Notes: generated by a model not told the origin, from the letters alone. 34,628 nucleotides of DNA from a virus (IMGVR_UViG_2558860472_000005:1-34628); one strand, 5' to 3'; counted from the first letter of the stretch, positions 15,197-25,292 are shown. Translations and numbers: made by a program.

Positions 15197-15272
15197 TTTT
15201 TGATTCTCATAATCAATGAATGTTTTTTGTGAATATACTTATTTTAACCCTATAAATAATCAAGGTAATAAA

Positions 15273-15623
15273 GTGCCTCCTCGTATCCCGAAAGCCTGCC
15301 GTGCTCGAGGTTGCCGTAATACCACCACAGACCCGTCAGGCTACTGCGAAAGCCACAAAAGCGAAGGCTGGAAGCAATACAAGCCAGGCCAGTCCCGACA
15401 CCAGCGCGGTTATGGTTCGAAATGGGATGTTATCCGTGAACGTGTGCTCAAGCGTGACAAAGGCCTGTGTCAGTTGTGTTTGCGTGCCGGTGTGGTGCGT
15501 GAGGCGAAAACCGTTGACCACATCATCCCTAAAGCACATGGCGGCACTGATGCCGACAGTAATCTGCAGAGTCTGTGCTGGCCGTGTCATAAGGCGAAGA
15601 CGGCCCGTGAACGGTTGAAGTAA
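15273..15623 (+). CDS. HNH endonuclease (terminase-associated)
   Basis: CxxC ... DHIIPKAHGGTDADSNLQSLCWPCHKAKT. The likely start is GTG at 15273 (MPPRIPKACRARGC); the track ORF starts at 15216. It sits immediately upstream of terS, as in HK97-like cos phages. Confidence 0.85.
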   Translation: MPPRIPKACRARGCRNTTTDPSGYCESHKSEGWKQYKPGQSRHQRGYGSKWDVIRERVLKRDKGLCQLCLRAGVVREAKTVDHIIPKAHGGTDADSNLQSLCWPCHKAKTARERLK

Positions 15624-15649
15624 GAACCAGTTCCCACTGCCAGAGGGGA

Positions 15650-15709
15650 GGGGCGGGTCAAATCCCTGTGACCTGACGTCTTCCGGACTGCCCGCCCCAT
15701 CGTTTTTTT
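15650..15709 (+). terminator. Large hairpin plus T7 tract between HNH and terS (terminator-like; candidate cos neighbourhood)
   Basis: GGGGCGGG (15650-15657) pairs with CCCGCCCC (15691-15698). A T7 run lies at 15703-15709. Confidence 0.4.
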
Positions 15710-15748
15710 ATACCCGCGAAAAATGAAATTTAACCAGGAGTGCCGCAT

Positions 15749-16243
15749 ATGGCTGGAACGGCGGGGCGTTCCGGGCGTCGCCCCAAGCCAACGGCGCGCA
15801 AGGCGCTGGCCGGAAACCCCGGCAAGCGAGCCCTGAACAAAGATGAACCTGTTTTTACGCCCATCAAAGGTGTTGAGCCACCGGAGTGGTTCGCTGAAGA
15901 AGATCTCCCTCTCGCCACGATCATGTGGCAACTGACAACCAAAGAACTCTGCGGTCAGGGCCTGCTGTGCGTGACTGACTTGGCGGTACTTGAGCGGTGG
16001 TGCGTGGCCTACGAGTTCTGGCGACGTGCCGTGAAAAATATTGCCAGACAGGGCAACACCATCACCGGTGCAATGGGTGGCATGGTCAAAAATCCGGAGC
16101 TGACCGCCAAGAAAGAACAGGAGTCCGAGATGAGCAGCACGGGGGCAATGCTCGGACTCGACCCCAGCAGCCGCCAGCGTCTGATTGGCCTGGCGGGGCA
16201 GAAGAAAGCCACTAACCCGTTTCTGAAAATCATCGAATCATGA
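15749..16243 (+). CDS. Terminase small subunit, P27 family
   Basis: [34 protein letters not shown] is the typical P27-family N-terminus. ATG at 15749 follows AGGAG. Confidence 0.85.
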   Translation: MAGTAGRSGRRPKPTARKALAGNPGKRALNKDEPVFTPIKGVEPPEWFAEEDLPLATIMWQLTTKELCGQGLLCVTDLAVLERWCVAYEFWRRAVKNIARQGNTITGAMGGMVKNPELTAKKEQESEMSSTGAMLGLDPSSRQRLIGLAGQKKATNPFLKIIES

Positions 16244-17973
16244 GCCGGAAATCTTACCCCAACGTAAATGCTGCCAATCAGTATGCCCGTGATGTCGTGC
16301 GCGGAAAGATTGTGGCCTGCCAGTTTGTGATTCAGGCCTGCCAGCGCCATCTTGATGACCTGATGGCGGAAAAAAGTAAGTCGTTTCGTTACCGCTTCGA
16401 CAAGGACCTGGCTGAACGGGCCGCCAAATTTATTCAGCTGTTGCCGCACACCAAGGGTGAGTGGGCATTCAAGAGGATGCCCATCACGCTGGAGCCGTGG
16501 CAGCTCTTTGTGATCTGCTGTGCGTTTGGCTGGGTCAATAAAGGGTCCCGGCTGCGCCGCTTCCGGGAGGTGTATACCGAAATCCCCCGTAAGAACGGCA
16601 AATCGGCAATCTCTGCCGGTGTCGCCCTGTATTGTTTTGCCTGTGATAACGAGTTTGGCGCGGAAGTGTATTCCGGTGCCACGACAGAGAAACAGGCGTG
16701 GGAAGTCTTTCGTCCGGCGCGACTGATGTGTAAACGCACACCCATGCTTACGGAAGCGTTCGGGATTGAGGTTAACGCCTCAAACATGAATCGTCCGGAG
16801 GATGGCGCGCGGTTTGAACCGCTGATCGGTAACCCCGGTGATGGATCATCACCCCACTGTGCGGTGGTGGATGAATATCACGAGCACGCCACCGATGCGC
16901 TTTACACCACGATGCTTACCGGGATGGGGGCGCGACGTCAGCCACTGATGTGGGCCATTACTACTGCCGGGTACAACATTGAAGGGCCGTGCTACGACAA
17001 GCGGCGGGAAGTTATCGAGATGCTCAACGGCTCGGTACCCAACGATGAACTGTTCGGGATCATCTATACCGTTGACGAAGGTGACGAATGGACCGACCCG
17101 CAGGTGCTGGAAAAAGCCAATCCAAATATTGGGGTGTCGGTTTACCGTGAGTTTTTGTTAAGTCAGCAACAGCGTGCGAAAAATAACGCCCGTCTGGCAA
17201 ACGTCTTTAAAACAAAACACCTCAATATCTGGGTGTCGGCGCGTTCGGCGTATTTCAACCTGGTGAGCTGGCAGAGCTGCGAGGATAAATCACTTACCCT
17301 TGAGCAGTTCGAGGGGCAGCCGTGCATTCTGGCCTTTGACCTGGCGCGTAAGCTGGATATGAACAGCATGGCGCGACTTTATACCCGCGAGATTGACGGT
17401 AAAACGCATTACTACAGTGTGGCCCCGCGTTTCTGGGTACCGTATGACACGGTGTACAGCGTCGAGAAAAATGAAGATCGCCGGACCGCCGAACGCTTTC
17501 AGAAATGGGTGGAAATGGGCGTCCTGACCGTTACCGATGGTGCAGAGGTGGATTATCGCTACATCCTCGAAGAGGCCAAAGCGGCGAACAAAATCAGCCC
17601 GGTCAGCGAGTCACCCATCGACCCCTTCGGGGCGACCGGGCTCTCACATGACCTTGCTGATGAAGACCTGAATCCCGTCACTATCGTCCAGAACTTCACC
17701 AATATGTCCGATCCGATGAAAGAGCTGGAAGCAGCGATTGAATCGGGACGTTTTCATCATGACGGCAATCCCATCATGACCTGGTGTATCGGCAACGTGG
17801 TCGGCAAAAACATGCCGGGTAACGATGATGTGGTGAAACCCGTCAAAGAGCAGGCGGAAAACAAAATTGACGGTGCAGTTGCGCTGATTATGGCGGTTGG
17901 CAGAGCCATGCTGTACGAGAAAGAAGACACGCTGTCTGACCACATTGAGTCCTACGGGATCCGCTCGCTTTAA
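16240..17973 (+). CDS. Terminase large subunit
   Basis: 577 aa. P-loop-like [10 protein letters not shown], Walker-B-like AVVDEYHEH and a C-terminal nuclease-type region. It has a 4-nt overlap with terS. Confidence 0.95.
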   Translation: MSRKSYPNVNAANQYARDVVRGKIVACQFVIQACQRHLDDLMAEKSKSFRYRFDKDLAERAAKFIQLLPHTKGEWAFKRMPITLEPWQLFVICCAFGWVNKGSRLRRFREVYTEIPRKNGKSAISAGVALYCFACDNEFGAEVYSGATTEKQAWEVFRPARLMCKRTPMLTEAFGIEVNASNMNRPEDGARFEPLIGNPGDGSSPHCAVVDEYHEHATDALYTTMLTGMGARRQPLMWAITTAGYNIEGPCYDKRREVIEMLNGSVPNDELFGIIYTVDEGDEWTDPQVLEKANPNIGVSVYREFLLSQQQRAKNNARLANVFKTKHLNIWVSARSAYFNLVSWQSCEDKSLTLEQFEGQPCILAFDLARKLDMNSMARLYTREIDGKTHYYSVAPRFWVPYDTVYSVEKNEDRRTAERFQKWVEMGVLTVTDGAEVDYRYILEEAKAANKISPVSESPIDPFGATGLSHDLADEDLNPVTIVQNFTNMSDPMKELEAAIESGRFHHDGNPIMTWCIGNVVGKNMPGNDDVVKPVKEQAENKIDGAVALIMAVGRAMLYEKEDTLSDHIESYGIRSL

Positions 17974-17984
17974 CTGAGGTAATT

Positions 17985-18167
17985 ATGATCATGCTGATTC
18001 TCGCGCCTCTGGTGGGCGTGCTGGGTGCGCTTTTGCTGGCATATGGTGCCTGGCTGATTTATCCCCCGGCGGGTTTTGTTGTTGCCGGGGCGCTGTGCCT
18101 GTTCTGGTCGTGGCTGGTGGCGCGATATCTCGATCGTACACAGCTGTCTGTCGGCGGAGGTAAATAG
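17985..18167 (+). CDS. Small hydrophobic 2-TM protein
   Basis: 60 aa, almost entirely two hydrophobic helices. It is tightly packed between terL and the portal gene. Confidence 0.5.
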   Translation: MIMLILAPLVGVLGALLLAYGAWLIYPPAGFVVAGALCLFWSWLVARYLDRTQLSVGGGK

Positions 18168-19408
18168 TGTTCTTTTCGGGATTATTTCAACGAAAAAGTG
18201 ACGCGCCGGTGACCACGCCAGCAGAGCTGGCGGATGCCATCGGGTTGTCATACGACACCTATACCGGAAAGCAGATCAGCAGCCAGCGGGCCATGCGACT
18301 GACGGCGGTTTTTTCCTGCGTCAGGGTGCTGGCAGAGTCGGTCGGGATGTTGCCCTGCAATCTGTATCACCTGAACGGCAGCCTGAAAGAGAGGGCCATC
18401 GGCGAACGTCTGCATAAGCTGATCTCCACGCATCCCAATGGCTATATGACGCCGCAGGAGTTCTGGGAGCTGGTGGTCACCTGTCTGTGCCTGCGGGGAA
18501 ACTTTTACGCCTACAAAGTGAAAGCATTTGGCGAAGTGGCTGAACTGCTGCCCGTCGATCCCGGCTGTGTGGTACCGAAGCTTAACAGTAGCTGGGAGCC
18601 GGTCTATCAGGTCACATTCCCGGATGGCTCCACGGATGTACTGAGCCAGGAGGATATCTGGCATGTGCGCACGCTGACGCTGGACGGACTGGTGGGGCTG
18701 AATCCCATCGCCTATGCCCGCGAGGCAATATCGCTGGCGGCAGCGACCGAAGAGCACGGGGCCAGACTGTTCAGCAATGGCGCGGTGACGTCGGGTGTGT
18801 TGCGTACAGAGCAGACGCTGTCAGATCAGGCTTATGAGCGCCTGAAGAAAGATTTTGAGGAGCGTCACACCGGGCTTGGCAATGCTCACCGCCCGATGAT
18901 CCTTGAGATGGGGCTGGATTGGAAGTCGATGGCGCTGAACGCCGAGGACAGCCAGTTCCTGGAAACCCGCAAGTTTCAGCTTGAAGAAATCTGTCGTCTG
19001 TTCCGGGTGCCGTTGCACATGGTGCAGAACACCGATCGCGCCACCTTCAACAATATCGAAGAGCTGGGGCTGGGATTTATCAACTATTCACTGGTGCCGT
19101 ATCTGACCCGCATCGAGCAGCGGATCAACACCGGACTGGTTCGAAAAAGTAAGCAGGGCGTTTATTACGCCAAATTTAACGCCGGGGCGTTACTGCGCGG
19201 GGATATGAAGTCCCGTTTTGAAGCCTACGCCACCGGGATCAACTGGGGAATTTACTCTCCCAATGACTGCCGCGACCTGGAAGATATGAATCCGCGTCCC
19301 GGTGGGGATGTCTATCTCACACCGATGAATATGACCACGAAACCCTCCGATGGCAGTAAAGCCGGTAAGCAGAAGGATAACGCCAATGCAGACGAAACAA
19401 CGTCTTGA
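18167..19408 (+). CDS. Portal protein, HK97 family
   Basis: 413 aa with a GTG start after GGAGG, positioned after terL. The sequence pattern is typical of HK97-type portals. Confidence 0.9.
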   Translation: MFFSGLFQRKSDAPVTTPAELADAIGLSYDTYTGKQISSQRAMRLTAVFSCVRVLAESVGMLPCNLYHLNGSLKERAIGERLHKLISTHPNGYMTPQEFWELVVTCLCLRGNFYAYKVKAFGEVAELLPVDPGCVVPKLNSSWEPVYQVTFPDGSTDVLSQEDIWHVRTLTLDGLVGLNPIAYAREAISLAAATEEHGARLFSNGAVTSGVLRTEQTLSDQAYERLKKDFEERHTGLGNAHRPMILEMGLDWKSMALNAEDSQFLETRKFQLEEICRLFRVPLHMVQNTDRATFNNIEELGLGFINYSLVPYLTRIEQRINTGLVRKSKQGVYYAKFNAGALLRGDMKSRFEAYATGINWGIYSPNDCRDLEDMNPRPGGDVYLTPMNMTTKPSDGSKAGKQKDNANADETTS

Positions 19409-20036
19409 TGTACCGCTGAGTCTGAAATCTGTCAGTGACTCCGGTGAGTTTGAAGGGTATGGCTCCGTCTTTGGTGTAAAGGACAGCCACGATGATGTGG
19501 TGATGTCCGGGGCATTTGCTGCTTCCCTGCGGGCGTGGAGTGACAGAAAAGCGTTACCTGCGCTGCTCTGGCAGCACCGCATGGATGAACCCATCGGTGT
19601 TTACACCGAAATGAAGGAAGACGATGTCGGGCTTTACGTCAGGGGACGGTTGCTTATTGATGATGATCCCCTCGCAAAACGCGCACATGCACACATGAAG
19701 GCCGGTTCGTTAACCGGCCTTTCTATTGGGTACGTCCTGAAAGACTGGGAATACGACCGGAGCAAAGAAGCCTTTCTGCTGAAAGAAATCGACCTCTGGG
19801 AAGTCAGCCTGGTGACGTTCCCGTCTAACGACGAGGCGCGGATCAGCGACGTCAAGAACGCACTGGCCCGCGGGGAAATCCCCGAACAGAAAAAAATCGA
19901 AAGAGTCCTGCGTGATGTCGGACTCTCCCGTACCCAGGCCAAAGCATTCATGGCCGGGGGCTATGGCGCACTGTCCCTGCGCGACGCTGAGGATGTGGGC
20001 TCTGCACTGAATGCACTGAAAAATCTGAACTTCTAA
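19386..20036 (+). CDS. Prohead maturation protease, HK97 (S78) family
   Basis: FEGYGSVFGVKDSHDDVV ... LSIGY ... EVSLVTFPSN. The likely start is ATG at 19386, overlapping the end of the portal gene. Confidence 0.9.
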   Translation: MQTKQRLDVPLSLKSVSDSGEFEGYGSVFGVKDSHDDVVMSGAFAASLRAWSDRKALPALLWQHRMDEPIGVYTEMKEDDVGLYVRGRLLIDDDPLAKRAHAHMKAGSLTGLSIGYVLKDWEYDRSKEAFLLKEIDLWEVSLVTFPSNDEARISDVKNALARGEIPEQKKIERVLRDVGLSRTQAKAFMAGGYGALSLRDAEDVGSALNALKNLNF

Positions 20037-20050
20037 TCAGGAGAAATACG

Positions 20051-21256
20051 ATGGCGGTTGATATTAAAGATGTCGAACAGGTCGCGCAGGAGCTGCAGCA
20101 GAAGTTTGACGACTTCAAAGCAAAGAACGACAAGCGCGTGGATGCGATTGAGCAGGAAAAAGGTAAACTTGCCGGGCAGGTGGAAACCCTGAACGGGAAA
20201 CTCAGCGAGCTGGAAAATCTCAAAAGCGACCTTGAAAAAGAGCTGCTTGAGCTGAAACGTCCGGCAGGTGGTGCGCAAAATAAACTGGCCACCGAGCATA
20301 AAGAAGCGTTTGTGGGCTTCCTGCGTAAAGGCCGTGAAGATGGTCTGCGCGATCTGGAGCGCAAGGCATTGCAGGTGGGCACCGATGAAGACGGTGGCTA
20401 TGCCGTGCCGGAAGCACTGGATCGCAACATTCTCACCCTGCTGAAAGATGAAGTGGTGATGCGCCAGGAAGCCACGGTGATCACTGTTGGCGGTTCCGAC
20501 TACAAAAAACTGGTGAATCTGGGCGGCACGGCTTCCGGATGGGTGGGCGAGACTGACGCGCGCTCCCAGACTGCCACCTCAAAACTGGGACTGATTGAAC
20601 CTTTCATGGGGGAAATCTACGGCAACCCGCAGGCCACCCAGAAAATGCTGGACGATGCCTTCTTCAACGTGGAGGCCTGGATCAACAGCGAGCTGGCAAC
20701 CGAATTTGCCGAACAGGAAGAAATTGCCTTTACCTCAGGCGATGGCACCAAGAAGCCGAAAGGGGTCCTGGCGTATGAATCCACTGATGAAACCGATAAG
20801 GTCCGGGCGTTCGGCAAACTTCAGCATATTGTATCCGGCGAAGCGACGGCGGTGACCGCAGACGCCATTATCAAACTGATTTACACGCTGCGTAAGGCAC
20901 ACCGCACTGGCGCGAAGTTCATGATGAACAACAACAGCCTGTTTGCCATCCGTCTGCTTAAAGACAGCGAGGGTAACTATCTGTGGCGTCCGGGGCTGGA
21001 ACTGGGGCAGCCGTCCTCTCTGGCGGGTTACGGTATCGCTGAAAACGAACAGATGCCGGATATCGCCGCTGATGCGAAAGCCATTGCATTTGGTAACTTC
21101 AAACGGGGTTACACCATCGTTGACCGTATCGGCACCCGCATTCTGCGTGACCCGTACACCAATAAACCGTTTGTCGGTTTTTATACCACCAAGCGCACCG
21201 GCGGGATGCTGGTCGATTCGCAGGCCATCAAACTGCTGAAGATTGCAGCGGCGTAA
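20051..21256 (+). CDS. Major capsid protein, HK97 family
   Basis: 401 aa. The N-terminal part is a coiled-coil delta domain, followed by HK97-fold-type sequence (..GGYAVPE.. ..KPKGVL..). It lies after the protease gene. Confidence 0.95.
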   Translation: MAVDIKDVEQVAQELQQKFDDFKAKNDKRVDAIEQEKGKLAGQVETLNGKLSELENLKSDLEKELLELKRPAGGAQNKLATEHKEAFVGFLRKGREDGLRDLERKALQVGTDEDGGYAVPEALDRNILTLLKDEVVMRQEATVITVGGSDYKKLVNLGGTASGWVGETDARSQTATSKLGLIEPFMGEIYGNPQATQKMLDDAFFNVEAWINSELATEFAEQEEIAFTSGDGTKKPKGVLAYESTDETDKVRAFGKLQHIVSGEATAVTADAIIKLIYTLRKAHRTGAKFMMNNNSLFAIRLLKDSEGNYLWRPGLELGQPSSLAGYGIAENEQMPDIAADAKAIAFGNFKRGYTIVDRIGTRILRDPYTNKPFVGFYTTKRTGGMLVDSQAIKLLKIAAA

Positions 21257-21305
21257 TCACTCAGGGGCGCGGAACCGCGCCCCCTGTTCTGACGGGTGAA
21301 GAATC

Positions 21306-21506
21306 ATGATCCTGAAACAAGATCTGAAATGGTCACCGGACGGTATGCGTGTTGAGGTCATTCGGGCCGGTGAGTATGACGACGGGGCGCTTCCTGCCCG
21401 GGTGCAGGAGATTGCACTTCAGGCCGGGTTAGCAGAGCGCGGAATCAGTGCAAAAAGCAGTAAAGCGGCAAAAGAGAAAAAAGCCACGACCAGTAAAGAG
21501 GGCTGA
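21306..21506 (+). CDS. Hypothetical small head-module protein
   Basis: 66-aa ORF between the capsid and connector genes, with a Lys-rich tail. Confidence 0.4.
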   Translation: MILKQDLKWSPDGMRVEVIRAGEYDDGALPARVQEIALQAGLAERGISAKSSKAAKEKKATTSKEG

Positions 21507-21508
21507 GT

Positions 21509-21832
21509 ATGCTTCTGACAATGGAAGAGATTAAAGCCCAACTCCGGCTGGATGAGGATTTCGATGCTGATGACCGCCATCTGCAACTGCTGGCCTGTGC
21601 GGCACAAAAGCGGACGGAAACGTATCTGAACCGGAAGCTCTATGCACCGGATGAAACCATTCCGGACAGCGATCCGGACGGGCTGCACCTGCCGGATGAT
21701 ATTCGTCTGGGGATGCTGATGCTTATCAGCCATTTTTACGAAAACCGCTCGTCGGTTACGGAAGTGGAGAAACTCGACATGCCGCAGAGTTTTGGCTGGC
21801 TTGTCGGCCCGTACAGGTACTTTCCGCAATGA
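21509..21832 (+). CDS. Head-tail connector (gp6-like)
   Basis: The N-terminus MEEIKAQLRLDEDFDADD..L is typical of gp6-like connector proteins. Confidence 0.8.
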   Translation: MLLTMEEIKAQLRLDEDFDADDRHLQLLACAAQKRTETYLNRKLYAPDETIPDSDPDGLHLPDDIRLGMLMLISHFYENRSSVTEVEKLDMPQSFGWLVGPYRYFPQ

Positions 21833-22239
21833 AAATTCGTCAGGCGCAGACCAGCGCAACCTACATTCTGCCGGACCCCGGTGAACTGAATAAACGCGTC
21901 CTGATCCGCCTGCGGGTGGATATGCCCGCGGATAACTTTGGCGTGGAGCCTCAATACCCGGTTACGTTCCGGACATGGGCGAAGGTTATCCAGACCAGTG
22001 CCACCACCTGGCAGGAAACCGCGCAGACCGGGGACGCCATCACCCATTACATCACCATTCGTTACCGCCGGGGGATCACCGCTGATTATGAGGTGGTCTG
22101 CGGTGACAGTGTGTACCGGGTGAAACGTCAGCGCGATCTGAACGGGGCGCGGCGCTTTCTGCTGCTGGAGTGTACGGAGCTGGGCGAATGTAGGCAGAGT
22201 CACGGAGGCAACAATGACGACTTCCTTTTTGCACGTTGA
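21829..22239 (+). CDS. Head closure / head-tail adaptor protein
   Basis: Assigned from position, size and the motif ITIRYRRGIT..Y.V. Confidence 0.7.
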   Translation: MKIRQAQTSATYILPDPGELNKRVLIRLRVDMPADNFGVEPQYPVTFRTWAKVIQTSATTWQETAQTGDAITHYITIRYRRGITADYEVVCGDSVYRVKRQRDLNGARRFLLLECTELGECRQSHGGNNDDFLFAR

Positions 22240-22720
22240 TTTTCAGCAGCCCGCGGAGATGCGCTTTAACCGCGCCCGTGTCCGGCGGGCGTTTGTCACG
22301 ATTGGTCAGCGTCATATGCGTGATGCCCGTCGGCTGGTGATGCGCCGTGCGCGGTCGGCACCGGGTGAAAACCCCGGTTATCAGACCGGACGCCTGGCTC
22401 GTTCAATTGGTTACATGGTACCCAGAGCCAGTAAACATCGCCCTGGTTTTATGGCACGTATAGCCCCTAACCAGCGTAATGGAGAGGGAAACCGCCGTAT
22501 CATCGGTGATTTTTATCCGGCTTTTTTGTTCTATGGCGTGAGGCGAGGGGCAAAGCGTCGTCGCAGCCATCATCGTGGTGCATCCGGTGGCAGCGGCTGG
22601 CGACTGGCTCCACGTAATAACTTCATGGTGGAAACGCTTGAAAAGAACCGCAGCTGGACACGCTATTTTCTGGCGCGGGAATTGCGTAAATCACTGAAGC
22701 CGGAGCGACGACACAGATGA
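22214..22720 (+). CDS. HK97 gp10-like neck protein
   Basis: Assigned from position and the motif FYPAFLFYGVRRG. Confidence 0.65.
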   Translation: MTTSFLHVDFQQPAEMRFNRARVRRAFVTIGQRHMRDARRLVMRRARSAPGENPGYQTGRLARSIGYMVPRASKHRPGFMARIAPNQRNGEGNRRIIGDFYPAFLFYGVRRGAKRRRSHHRGASGGSGWRLAPRNNFMVETLEKNRSWTRYFLARELRKSLKPERRHR

Positions 22721-23277
22721 AACTGACGCCTGTTATTGCTGCACTGCGTGCCCGCTGTCCGTATTTTGAAAACCGGGTTGCAGGCGCGGCCCAGTTCAAA
22801 AATCTGCCGGAGGTCGGAAAGCTGAAACTCCCGGCGGCATATGTTGTACCGGGTGATGATTCTCCGGGAGAAAACAAAAGCCAGACCGACTACTGGCAGG
22901 AGCTGAAAGAGGGTTTCTCCGTGGTTGTCATACTGAGTAACGGGCATGATGAGCGCGGTCAGTTTGCCTCGTATGATGTGGTGGACGATGTCCGGCAGAT
23001 GCTCTTTAAGGCTCTGCTGGGCTGGAACCCGGAGGCGTGCGGTAACCCGATTACCTATGACGGCGGCACGCTGCTGGATCTGAATCGTCATGAGCTGATT
23101 TATCAGTTCGATTTTTCGGTCATCAGCGAGCTGACCGAAGACGATACCCGCCAGCAGGATGATCTGAACAGTCTGGATGAACTGCAAACGCTGGCGATTG
23201 ATGTTGATTATCTCGAGCCCGGTAACGGGCCTGACGGCGATATCGAACATCACACCGAAATAACCCTTCCTTCCTGA
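22717..23277 (+). CDS. Tail completion / Mu gp37-like protein
   Basis: 186-aa ORF with a 4-nt overlap, located immediately before the sheath module. Confidence 0.55.
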   Translation: MKLTPVIAALRARCPYFENRVAGAAQFKNLPEVGKLKLPAAYVVPGDDSPGENKSQTDYWQELKEGFSVVVILSNGHDERGQFASYDVVDDVRQMLFKALLGWNPEACGNPITYDGGTLLDLNRHELIYQFDFSVISELTEDDTRQQDDLNSLDELQTLAIDVDYLEPGNGPDGDIEHHTEITLPS

Positions 23278-23285
23278 GGATCCTC

Positions 23286-23456
23286 ATGTTTGTCAAACCT
23301 GTTAAAGGGCGGTCAGTTCCTGACCCTACCCGCGGCGACCTTTTGCCCGCCGAAGGGCGAAATGTTGACGAGAACAACTACTGGCTGCGCCGTGAAGCAG
23401 CGGGTGATATCCGGCGCGTGAATAAAAAGGTGAATACCGATGACGATAAGCTTTAA
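23286..23456 (+). CDS. Small conserved pre-sheath protein (DUF2635-like)
   Basis: 56-aa ORF missing from the track (below its length cut-off). SD GAGGA lies 5 nt upstream. MFVKPVKGRSVPDPTRGDLLPAEGRNVDENNYWLRR.. It overlaps the sheath start. Confidence 0.5.
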   Translation: MFVKPVKGRSVPDPTRGDLLPAEGRNVDENNYWLRREAAGDIRRVNKKVNTDDDKL

Positions 23457-24936
23457 CACCATTCCGTCGAATACGCTGGTTCCGCTGTTTTATGCGGAAA
23501 TGGATAACCAGGCGGCGAATACTGCACAGGACAGCGGGGCATCGTTGCTGATTGGTCACGCCAATAACGGTGCAGAGATTGTTGCCAACAGTCTGGTGCT
23601 GATGCCGTCGGCAGACTATGCACGCCAGATTTGTGGTGCGGGAAGTCAGCTGGCGCGTATGGTTGAGGCTTATCGCCAGACCGACCCGTTTGGCGAGCTG
23701 TATGTGATTGCCGTTCCGGAAGCCACAGGCGCGGCGGCAACGGTTACGCTGACGGTGACCGGGGCGGCAACCGAAACCGGCACGGTGAATGTTTATGTGG
23801 GACGTACCCGCGTGCAGGCACCGGTGACCAACGGCGATAACGTCACGACGATTGCCAGCAGTATCCAGGATGCCATTAATGCCGTCCCGGCCCTGCCGTT
23901 TACGGCCTCATCTTCGGCAGGCGTGGTCACGCTGACCGCGCGTCATAAGGGGCTTTGCGGGAATGAAATTCCTGTCAGCCTCAATTACTACGGCTTTGGT
24001 GGGGGCGAAGTGCTGCCAGCGGGCGTACAGATTGCTGTGGCGACGGGGAGCGCCGGAACGGGCGCTCCGGTTCTCACCGGCGCGGTGGCTGCAATGGCGG
24101 ATGAGCCGTTTGATTATATTGGCCTGCCGTTCAACGACACGGCCTCCGTTAACACGCTGGTGACAGAGATGAACGATACCAGCGGTCGCTGGAGCTATGC
24201 GCGTCAGCTGTATGGTCATGTGTATACGGCAAAGATCGGCACGCTGTCAGAACTGGTGACCGCAGGTGACCAGTTTAACCAGCAGCACATTACCCTGGCG
24301 GGATACGAAAAAGAGACCCAGACGCCTGCCGACGAGCTGGCGGCAAGCCGTACCGCCCGCGCAGCGGTGTTTATTCGCAACGATCCGGCACGTCCCACGC
24401 AGACCGGTGAGCTGGTGGGTATGCTGCCTGCGCCGAAGGGGAAACGGTTCACGATGACCGAACAACAGACCCTGCTGTCTCATGGCGTGGCAACGGCGTA
24501 TGTCGAAAGCGGGGTGCTGCGCATTCAGCGTGATGTCACCACGTACAGGAAAAACGCTTACGGTGTTGCGGATAACAGCTACCTCGACAGCGAGACGCTG
24601 CATACCAGCGCGTATGTGCTGCGCAAACTGAAATCCGTCATTACCAGTAAGTACGGGCGTCACAAGCTTGCCAGCGACGGTACCCGCTTTGGTCCCGGTC
24701 AGGCGATTGTCACACCGGCGGTGATCAAAGGGGAACTGCTGGCAACCTACCGTCAGCTTGAGCGTGCGGGGATCGTGGAAAACTACGAACTGTTTAAGCA
24801 GTACCTGGTTGTGGAGCGTGATGCCAGCGATCCGAACCGCCTGAACACGCTGTTCCCGCCTGACTATGTTAACCAGTTGCGTGTCTTTGCCGTGGTTAAC
24901 CAGTTCCGTCTTCAGTATTCAGAGGAGTCTGCATAA
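23440..24936 (+). CDS. Contractile tail sheath protein (Mu gpL-like)
   Basis: 498 aa, the first large gene of the tail module, followed by the tube and chaperone genes. Confidence 0.85.
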   Translation: MTISFNTIPSNTLVPLFYAEMDNQAANTAQDSGASLLIGHANNGAEIVANSLVLMPSADYARQICGAGSQLARMVEAYRQTDPFGELYVIAVPEATGAAATVTLTVTGAATETGTVNVYVGRTRVQAPVTNGDNVTTIASSIQDAINAVPALPFTASSSAGVVTLTARHKGLCGNEIPVSLNYYGFGGGEVLPAGVQIAVATGSAGTGAPVLTGAVAAMADEPFDYIGLPFNDTASVNTLVTEMNDTSGRWSYARQLYGHVYTAKIGTLSELVTAGDQFNQQHITLAGYEKETQTPADELAASRTARAAVFIRNDPARPTQTGELVGMLPAPKGKRFTMTEQQTLLSHGVATAYVESGVLRIQRDVTTYRKNAYGVADNSYLDSETLHTSAYVLRKLKSVITSKYGRHKLASDGTRFGPGQAIVTPAVIKGELLATYRQLERAGIVENYELFKQYLVVERDASDPNRLNTLFPPDYVNQLRVFAVVNQFRLQYSEESA

Positions 24937-25292
24937 TGGCCCGTATCGGGGGAACCTGTTATTTCAAAATTGACGGTCAGCAGCTATCGCTGACCGGCGG
25001 CATTGAGGTGCCCATGAACAGGACGGTCAATGATGACATCATCGGCCTGGACGGTTCAGTGGACCGCAAGGAAACTCACCGTGCGCCTTATGTCAAAGGG
25101 ACCTTCAAGGTGCCGAAGAATTTTCCGGTGAGCAAAATCACCTCGTCTGATGAGATGACCATCACTGCCGAGCTGGCGAACGGTCAGGTCTATGTATTGT
25201 CGTCCGCCTGGCTGCACGGCGAAGCGAACCATAATGCCGAAGAAGGCACGGTTGATCTTGAGTTCCACGGTGAAGAAGGGGATTACCAGTAA
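24936..25292 (+). CDS. Tail tube protein (Mu gpM-like)
   Basis: 118 aa, with an ATG overlapping the sheath stop. Confidence 0.75.
   Translation: MARIGGTCYFKIDGQQLSLTGGIEVPMNRTVNDDIIGLDGSVDRKETHRAPYVKGTFKVPKNFPVSKITSSDEMTITAELANGQVYVLSSAWLHGEANHNAEEGTVDLEFHGEEGDYQ

Noticed and set aside
19948-20382. 144-aa minus-strand ORF antisense to the capsid gene, plus similar long antisense ORFs at 22663-23253, 27020-27610, 28712-29209 and 30939-31397
   Set aside because: They lie entirely inside well-supported sense genes and have low-complexity Ser/Arg/Pro-rich composition. Such ORFs are typical of antisense frames in GC-rich coding DNA.
21264-21283. GC-rich hairpin (GGGGCGCG-GAAC-CGCGCCCC) after the capsid gene as an intrinsic terminator
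   Set aside because: No U-tract follows it (CTGTTCTG). It is more probably an mRNA-stabilising or attenuating hairpin, as is common after major capsid genes. It is not called as a terminator.
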